64,000 bases of DNA from Azolla caroliniana (taxonomy: Eukaryota; Plantae; Polypodiophyta). The first letter of the stretch is position 1. Each line of letters starts with the position of its first letter. Shown here in pieces: positions 55,781 to 64,000 of this stretch. Where the stretch lies: NCBI GenBank assembly GCA_043228905.1, contig JBHGNT010000004.1, positions 15,748,001 to 15,812,000 of the forward strand, given 5' to 3'. A program made the translations under genes and the position numbers. The notes beneath the pieces are model-generated. The model did not search any database and was not told where the DNA came from. It worked only from the letters and a program-made list of their open reading frames with translations.

Positions 55781-56829
55781 ACTGTCAAACTTAGACGTGA
55801 ACATTAATATATCAATTTGAACATATCACATAGTTATGAGGGTATCCACACTGCTCTCCTCTTCTTTCTTTTGACAAATATCAATATTAAGTAGAATGTA
55901 TTGATGGGAAAATCAAAATTCTCCATGTAGGATAAATATTCCTTACCAAGCAAGGGTTTCTATCCCATGCAATGAGATCTCAAAGGCCTGTGTTACAGAG
56001 TATCCTTGGTCCATGTTATGGAATACGACAATTCCCGATAAGGATGTTGTTGTCAACTGTGCGAAATCTTTCACCATCTTCTCAAGTTATTTGAACATAA
56101 ATAGTTCATCATCGTATGTTGATCCAACCATATAAAATCCGTATGCTATGTCAACAACCAATAATATGTATTCCTTCACTGGCAATATATGCATCATGTT
56201 AGCCACATCACCACAATCGACATTATAGTATAAATCCCGAGTGAAATCCTTTTTGTGGAAAATTTCTAAAAAATGCCACTGTCTTCTACACCATATCCCT
56301 TCACTAAATGTCAATCCTTTTCTTTCCACGCTCTTTCAAGATGTGTAAGAAATGATATAGGAAAATAAAAAATATCTTTAACTTCTTTCGGTTTCTTACT
56401 ATCACTATCTCGGTATATCATTGTTGAACAATATTTCTTTGCTCTCTGACTACACATGCCATCTTGATTTTCTTGAAAAATCAAATGAATTTTCTTGACT
56501 ATACGCTCATCTTGATTTTCAGTTGACCTTGTAGGGGCAGTATTGTAAAATATACTGAAATTCAATTATATGAACCAATAAGTAATTTCTAACAACTTAT
56601 ATGTTTAAAGACACATTAACTCTAGAAAAGGGCTCTACATGCCAAAAAGAGACAAGTAGATGCGAAACCAAAAATTAATGAATTTTTGTTAAATAATATG
56701 CGAAACAGACACTAAATAGTGTAGTGCAAACACTCACATCAAACAATTTTCAAATGGAAAATCTTAGAGAAAAATAGAAAATTCATTACAAAAATAGAGA
56801 TTATTTGTGAAAATATACAATTTATTTAG

Positions 56830-57451
56830 GAACTCGATGCAAAGTATTCGAACTCCATACTTTTTATCGAGTTTCTATTTAAAATAGAGACATCGCAATA
56901 CAGTTCGACACATTGTACTGAGTTCATGTTGAAAACTCAGTTTTTTACATCAACTCAATACATTGTATCGAGATTAAAACACTCAGTTTTCAACATGGGT
57001 TCTTGTTGAAAACATTGTTTTTAATATGAACTTGATACAATGTATTGAATTCATGTTTAAAGTTTTTTTTAGTTTTTCTTTTAAATTTTGGATTATTTAT
57101 TTATTTGTTTTGGTTTTTTTTTTGAAAAAAAACTTTGAACTTTTTTCATCAAGTAATTGTCATGATATAGCATGGTATGGCTACAAAGGATTTGAACCCA
57201 TGACCTTGTGTTACATGGGTTGAACCTTTACCATTAAACTATGCATTGTAATACAAAAAATATTATTTTCATTTATTATTTCAGTATAGAAAACTCATGT
57301 ATATTCCAGATTACTCTAGAACATTCTAGAAACTTTAGGAGTACTCCTGACAACACTATAAATAGACGCACAAGGTTCAACGCTAGTCTTAAGCCTCCTA
57401 GTTGTTCTTGTATCTTCTCTTCATATAATATACCACTTGTTATCATCATCA

Positions 57452-57482
<31 letters not shown>

Positions 57483-57872
57483 CTTCTCTCGTGAGTTCTT
57501 CTTAGTACTAATCCTCATAGTACTTTCCTCCTCTATCTCTAGTACTAATTCCCTCTCTATCTTTAGTACTATTCCTGACAACAATTCATTTCCTAAAAAA
57601 AACCATTTTTTTTTTTTAAATACCATTTAAAAATGAACTCAATACATTGTATCGAATTGAAAATTGCTTTTTTGACATTAACTCAAGTTCAAAGTTTTGT
57701 TTTCTTTTTTATCCAGAAAAAAAAAACTTTGAACATGAATTCAATACATTGTATCGAATAGTGACGAAAACTCTGTTTTTTACATCAACTCGATACAATG
57801 TATCGAGTTCATGTTTAATAATGTTCCTTCTTTCCAAATAAAAGAGCTTTTTTAAACATGAACTCGAGTTAT
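56830..57872. repeat. Dispersed 23-bp palindrome cluster AACTCGATACAWTGTATCGAGTT
   Basis: Copies at ~56831, 56905, 56952, 57029, 57636, 57738 and 57787, separated by A/T-rich spacers. Confidence 0.8.
57158..57580 (+). mobile_element. Old solo LTR related to the 9767 chromovirus family
   Basis: TGTCATG..ATTCCTGACA ends; colinear with the 439-bp LTR; degenerate TSD GTAAT/ACAAT. Confidence 0.88.
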
Positions 57873-58006
57873 ACTAAAATCTCTATTTTTACATGAGAAA
57901 AAGAAGCATATCGTTAATGCAAAGAAGTATGTTGCACAACAAGATACCTTATGGTGAACATGTTCTTCATTGATCAACAAAAAACCATTAATAATTGTGT
58001 TGATGG

Positions 58007-60260
58007 TGTTAAGAATTAGGCAAGTAATTAAGGGTTAATTAGTACCTAATTATGTGATTAAGTGATAAGCGGAAGATTATGTGATATGTGTGTGTATGTT
58101 TGTTAGAGGAAGAGAGAGAGAGAGAGAGAGAGAGATACACTTATGCACAATACAAGATGGGGGATGAGTAACTATATATTAAATTAGCATCAACATCATC
58201 AAATACAAAAACACCTACAATGAGGTATATATAGATTTCATGTGCAAGGGTGCACATGTGTGAGGATAATATAGGTACAAAAGTGTAAGTCCTATATTAA
58301 ATGTACTTAGGAGTGGAGGATCTAGAATATCCTACTTAAGTACAAGGTCCTATTTAAGTTGTTATAGTCAACACTTCTAACTAGATTCTATCTAGGAAAC
58401 TACAAAGTTACATGGTTGACTAACTAACTAAACTAAGTTGAGGTTGATCTCTCAACACACCCCTTCAAGCTCAAGTGTGAGGCGTCTGACATCTGCTTTG
58501 GCTTTTGTCGGCTTCGTGTGCTTCCGTCCCACCTTCGACTTTCTTCGTCTTGGCAATCTCAGTTCCTCCCCCTCAAGCCAGTGATGAAGGCTTGTAGTGT
58601 GTGGGCGAAGGTCGACTATTTCCACCCATCATGGGTTACGAGCCACTTCGGTGGAGCTCTTGGGTTCTTGTTCGGCCACTACCTTCATCGCGAAGGTGTA
58701 ATGATGGGCCATGTACTCGTTATAGTCGTGCTGAGTGACGGGGTTCTTAGCTCTAGATGAGTGTCAAAGTTTTTCGCTCGCCGATGTGAGCGTCTTCTTT
58801 ACTCCGGGTGTCCACATGATGGGTACACCAAACTCACTGTCTAGTGAGGGAGCCGACACATCCGAATCACTGTCGTCGGGGTGATCGACTTCGTATTCGG
58901 GCATCTTACCTTTGCCTTTGTCCAAGTTCGTACTTGGCCGCGACATGCTTGGGTCATGTGGGGGCTCTTGTGGCCCACTAGGCTTTGCCATAATCAGACA
59001 TTCTTCGAACATGTGTTCGAAGCGATCTCCATCTTCTACCTCTTGTTCGGCGGATTCCGGGTCGAGTGGAGTCGGAGTCGTAGTTGGCTCTAGTGCGTAC
59101 TAGGATGCGGACTCGTCGAAGACTATGTCTCGACTTACCCGAACCGCTCGGGTAGAAGGGTTGTAGCACTTGTACGCCTTCTTCTCGAACGAGTATCCTA
59201 TGAGGATACATTCCTTAGACTTTGCGTCGGGCTTCTGTCATTGTTCGTTTGGGATGCCTACATTTGCAATGCTTCCAAACACCTTGAGGTGTGATAGGAT
59301 TGGCTTCCTTCCAACGAGGAGCTCGTATGGAGTTACCTCATGGAATCCATTGGTGGTGCATCGATTCATGAGATAGACGACCGTGGATGGTGCTTCGGCC
59401 CAGTAGAAATTCGGCATGTGCTTATCATGCATCATGGCGCGTGCTACCTTGAGTATTTGCCAATTTTTCCTTTCGGCGACTCCATTTTGTTGGGGTGTGT
59501 GTCGGCATGAGAATTCTCTCCGAATACCTTCACTTTGGAGGTAGGAGGTGAATTCGTCGGAGAAGTACTCCTTCCCTCCGTCCGGTCGTAGGCATCGAAT
59601 GTGCCGACCGGTTTCTTTTTCGACTTGCCCCTTGAGCATTTGGAAGTGGCAGAACACTTCGCTCTTCTTCTTCATCGAGTAGATCCACACGTAGCGCGAG
59701 TAGTCGTCAATGAAGGTTACGTAGTATCGGCATCCGCCGATCGTTGGCGTTTGAGCCGGTCCCCATACATTCGAGTGTACGACGTTGAGGAGGCATTTTC
59801 TTGCGGAGCTCTCCTTCGGGAATGGGAGTCGATGTTGTTTGCCAAGTTCACACACTTCGCATACTCGGTGGACTCGTTTCGACTCGAATGTCGGAAGTAC
59901 GATGACAACTCCCTTGGTTTGCATCACTCAAAGCCGTTGGAGGTTTATGTGGCCGACTCTCTTGTGCCACAACTCGATGCTTGTCTCGGTTTTGAGACTT
60001 TTAGCATACATTGCCAATTTCACCTCGTTCGAATCGAGGATGAACATTCGTCCGTCTCTCCGCCCCTTTGCCATGAGTCGGCCATCTTTCTCGATGAAGC
60101 ATCCTTCTTTGTTGAAGTGGACTTGCATGCCTTGCTCCATGATTTGGCCGACTGAGACCAAATTCTTGATTATTGTGGGCACGTGCAAGACATTCTTGAT
60201 GCAAGTTTGCTCACCTTCTTTCCCGAATGGGACATTGCCGATGTGCTGAATGGTGTGCGT
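58007..60260 (-). mobile_element. Second RT-less Copia copy (3' LTR 58007-58457, PPT, integrase, protease part)
   Basis: LTR is homologous to 17777 and 45080; integrase ORF 59927-59238; only ~0.25 kb lies between the post-INT AHHY motif and the PPT. Confidence 0.88.
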
Positions 60261-61372
60261 TGTCGCGAAGATTCGCGCATGCGTGTGCTACTCGAGCGAC
60301 CACTGGGGTCTTGGACTAGGGAGGACGTTCGCGGAATTTTCGAAGAGATGACGATCAATGTAAGATTGGATGAAATTTGTTCACTTGAGAAGAAGAAAGA
60401 TTATACACTTGAGAAGTAGAAAAATATGAAGAAGATAAAGATGAATATAATTATATTGATGATAGTGGTGTTGGTGATATCACATATTGAGCCCCCCCTT
60501 ACACAAGCCTTACTAGAGGCTTTTATAGGTCTCTCCATGCTTGTGACATGCACAAAACCATGGGCTAAAACCATGGTTTTGTGCACACGGTTTTGCTTAT
60601 GACATGCACAAAACCATGGGTTAAAAACCATGGTTTTGTGTACATGGTTTTGATTGTTTGCTACCTATGCATGTAGTAGTAGCTTTAGTGGTATGATAAT
60701 TGCTTCTTATCTTAGACGTGCAAGGTTCAAATCCTACTTGCAACCCTCAATATGCACTCAATGCCATCATGTCCTAGGTTTATTTATTATTATTTTCATT
60801 TTTACAAGTATTTGTGTAATGTGCATGTATCCTCAATTTTTCACTTTTTCTCGCATTAAACACGCCACATCACGACATCCACCCCCACCAAACCGCACAT
60901 CCTCTGGCATGTGCCAAGAAGGAAAAGAGTGACGTTGTGGGGCCAAAGGTTGTCAACCTTCGATTTGCTCCTTCTTGTGCGTTGCCCGCACTGTCTTTAT
61001 CCCTCTATTTTGAGCTCGTCCATTCCTTCCAGCCGAACCATCGTCGCCATCCAATCCACCATATCGTTCGCTCGCACTTCCCAATGTCATGATTGGTTGT
61101 CATGGCCCCCTTCGCCCCTCCTGAGCATAACCTTTCACAATTTGTGCATGTGCCACCTTCATCCCGTCTATCTCCTTGGTCAAGAAACTTTGATACTTCA
61201 TTCTTTCTCGTCCCCTGCTTGCCTTCACAAGACCTCATTCGAATGTCGATGCTAACTACCCAGCATAGTTCCTTTAAGGGCATGCTCATGTCGGGGTCTC
61301 CAAGAGACCATATTACATGCCTCTCTTTCATCCATTTGTTGTGGTAAACTCTCGCATTTGAGTTGACCATCA
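60261..61372 (-). mobile_element. 3' LTR (60261-60877) plus 3' internal region of the 4-bp-TSD Gypsy group
   Basis: TGTCGCGAAG..CACGACA ends; G-rich PPT GGTGGGGGTGGA at 60889-60878. Confidence 0.8.
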
Positions 61373-64000
61373 TGTTAGGATTTTCGGTCCCTCCGGATGG
61401 GATGATGAAGGCCCGGTGATAACCGGATGACGCAGGCCCGGTGAGAACCTCTCACCGGATAAAGAGACATATATGGAAATATGTTTCTGAGAGCCCATTG
61501 GGGCTACATCTGTAAATAGCCCGAAAGTCATATTAGTATAAATATGACCTAGGGCAAATAGAGTGTAAAGTGTTGGTCATTATTTTGTATAGAATTATTG
61601 GTGTACCTGTTGCACAATGCATAACAGTCAGAGACAGAGAGATACAGAGCAATTCTCTGTTGTAACTGCCGCCAGGCGAAGAGTTTGAGCACAAGGTTGT
61701 TGCCTCTGTGCCTCCTGTTGTATTCTTTGACATAGTGATAGTTCGGAGTATGTGGGCTCCCGTGGTTTTTCCCCCTCTCAGGGTTTTCCACGTTAACATC
61801 TCGTGTACTCTCTTGTTTACAATGTTTTGTGTATACATACATCTATCTTCATATTCCCATTTCTGTGTTTGTAACTCTCAACGAAGTGATTGAAGACTCA
61901 GTTGTGGCCGAGCATTATTCCGCATATTCTCCACAAACTGGTATCAGAGCGAACGACACAGAAAATGGAAGATTCATTTGGAGGCATGTTGAAGCTCACC
62001 GGCTCCAACTACTCAGTGTGGAAGTTGAAGATGCGGGACATGCTCGTGGTTAAAGATCTTTGGTTGCTGGTTCAGTTCGGGGACAAGAGACCGGACAAGA
62101 TCGACGCCACGATATGGGAGGTGATGCACATGAAGACAACAGTGTACATACGGTGCTTCATCGACAGGAGCCTGTACAAAAAATACAATGAGGAGAGTAA
62201 GGCTCATGAGCTCTGGGAGAAGATTGCATTATGTTCCAGAACAAGAATGTCGTTAATCAGGTTTCGGTACTCCGAAGCTATTGCGGCTCCGGTACCAAGA
62301 TGGCTCCACATGGCAGAGCACATGAATGCCTTCCAGGGGCTGATTCACCAGGCAACATTGTTGGAAGTACCTCTCGCCGACGAGGTACTAGCACTGCTCC
62401 TACTCGGTTCCCTCCCAGATAGCTGGGAGACGTTAGTTGTCACTTTGGGCAACGCCGGGCCAGAAGGAAAACGATTATCCCTAGCAAGAGTCAAGTCGAG
62501 CTTGCTAGATGAGAAGGCGCGTCGGAAAGACAAGGATACGAACTCCGACTCCAAAGCGCTCCTTACTGAATCGAAACGCGGAAGATAGAGGAACCGGAGT
62601 CCCCAGAACCGGGAAAAGTCGGGGACACGGTCAAAGTCAAGGGGAAGGCCCACTTGCTTCTACTGTGGAAAGTCGGGGCACTTCCAGAAGAACTGTTGGC
62701 ATTTCCAGAAAGAGATGGAAACTGATAGTACCGATTCGAAGCGGTCATCGGACCAGAATGGTAAAGATCGGAGGGGACCGGACCGGAAGGGAACGATGAA
62801 AATCGTGGCAAGTGAAGAGGAGTCGATGCTCATCACCGAGGAGAGTGAGTTGAACCTTGCCGGCGACGAGACAACGTGGGTTGTCGATTCTGGAGCGTTG
62901 TTCCACCTAACCCCGGACCAGAAATGCTTCTCATCCTACATAGCCAGTGAGCACGACTATGCCCGGATGAGGAATGAAGGTACATGCCGAATTGTCAGGA
63001 TAGGAGACGTGTGGTTGACAACACCAACCGGATGCAAGTTGCTGCTGAAGGATGTCCGACACGTTCCGGAGGTTCGACTAAACCTGATATTAGTCGGTCG
63101 GCTAGATGATGAAGGCTACACAGGTAGCATCTGGAACGGTGTTATGAAGTTCAGCAAAGGGAGCCTAATAGTGGCTCGGGTCCGGAAAGTCAACACATTG
63201 TACCTGATGAATGCCTAGTTATGCCCGGAAGAAGTGAACGTTGCTTCTGACATTACCGGTGAGCTATGGCACAAGAGACTGTGTCACATGAGCGAGAAGG
63301 GGATGAAGAGGCTTGTCGATGACAACCTCATTCCGATGAAAGACGTGCATCTTGAGAAGTGCACCGACTGCGTGGCTGGTAAGCAAAACTGGACCTCCTT
63401 CTAATCAAGGCCACCGATGAGACGTAATGCACCATTGGAGTCTGTGCATACCGATGTGTGTCAAGTGGACACGAAGTCACATGCCGGATCGTAGTACTTC
63501 GTGATGTTCATAGACGACCATAGCCGAAAGTTGTGGGCTACACCGCTGAAGACGAAGAATCAAGTGTTATCCTTCTTCAAGGAGCTCCACGCAAGAGTGG
63601 AAAGAGAAACCAGACGGAAGCTGAAGGCGGTTCAAGCAGATAACGGAGGAGAATACCAGGGGCAATTCGAGGAGTACTGCCGCTCGAAGGGAATCCGGCT
63701 CGAATTTACCGTGCCGAAGACGCCGGAACTAAACGGGCTGGCCAAGAGGATGAACCAAACCATAATGGAGAGGCTCTGGAGTATGCTAGCACTAAGTTAC
63801 CCAAGACGTTTTGGGCTGAGGTGCTGTCGACAACGACGTATGTGATAAACAAATCACCCTCAATGCCCTTGGACGGAGACATGCCGCAGAGAGTGTGGAC
63901 AGGTAAGGAAGTGTCTTACTGGTATCTAAAGGTGTTCGGGTGTCTCACGTACGTGCATGTTGCTAAGGACCGGAGAGGAAAGTTGGATCCAAAGACCCGG
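61373..64000 (+). mobile_element. Tork/Tnt1-like Copia (5' LTR 61373-61935, PBS 61939-61950, decayed gag-PR-INT running off the window)
   Basis: TGGTATCAGAGC; KLTGSNYSVWK, LLLGSLPDSW, WVVDSGA, FIDDHSRK, DNGGEY. Confidence 0.93.

Larger units (their letters stand above)
49496..56554 (-). pseudogene. Intron-containing beta-class amino-DNA-methyltransferase-like pseudogene (N6-adenine/N4-cytosine MTase family); exons ~56554-55947, ~50097-49934, 49842-49496
   Basis: LLVVDIAYGF (DPPY-like motif IV, 56152-56138) ... IETLAW|GTAAG; NPYQKPQRLINRLVELFSNPDDWVLHLFSRTG|TTTACALKLFRICVALEKDP (motifs X-I-II) joined in frame by a 91-nt GT-AG intron (49933-49843); acidic tail; stops look like CAA/CAG>TAA/TAG changes. 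Confidence 0.75.

Noticed and set aside
56830-57872. Palindromic repeats as a CRISPR array
   Set aside because: Spacing is irregular, spacers are low-complexity A/T, the context is eukaryotic and there are no cas genes.

Overview
Gene-poor, repeat-saturated eukaryotic DNA, most likely from a land plant: the Copia PBSs match tRNA-Met, and the Tcn1-like chromovirus suggests a seed-free plant such as a fern (inference). About 85% of the window is a nest of LTR retrotransposons up to 5 levels deep, which I resolved using LTR pairs and target-site duplications (TSDs). Decayed Ty1/Copia elements (0.5-3.4 kb, 4.0-9.3 kb and a Tork/Tnt1-like host at 9.3-48.7 kb) contain a young three-LTR chromovirus, an RT-less Copia, a TRIM-like mini-element, a large non-chromoviral Gypsy, several solo LTRs and a 21x275-bp near-perfect tandem array. 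The only non-retrotransposon coding remnant is an intron-containing, pseudogenised gene on the minus strand at 49.5-56.6 kb. It resembles a bacterial beta-class amino-DNA-methyltransferase (N6-A/N4-C type) and lies in an AT-rich block with palindromic repeats that may be a DNA transposon. Other highlights are Gypsy elements with a tRNA-3'-end mimic in place of the PPT, co-varying self-primer/PBS pairs, tRNA-like A/B boxes at LTR ends, and a Gypsy family whose 4-bp target sites are all CpG-centred. All calls are by eye; tRNA and protein-family matches are from memory and need database confirmation.
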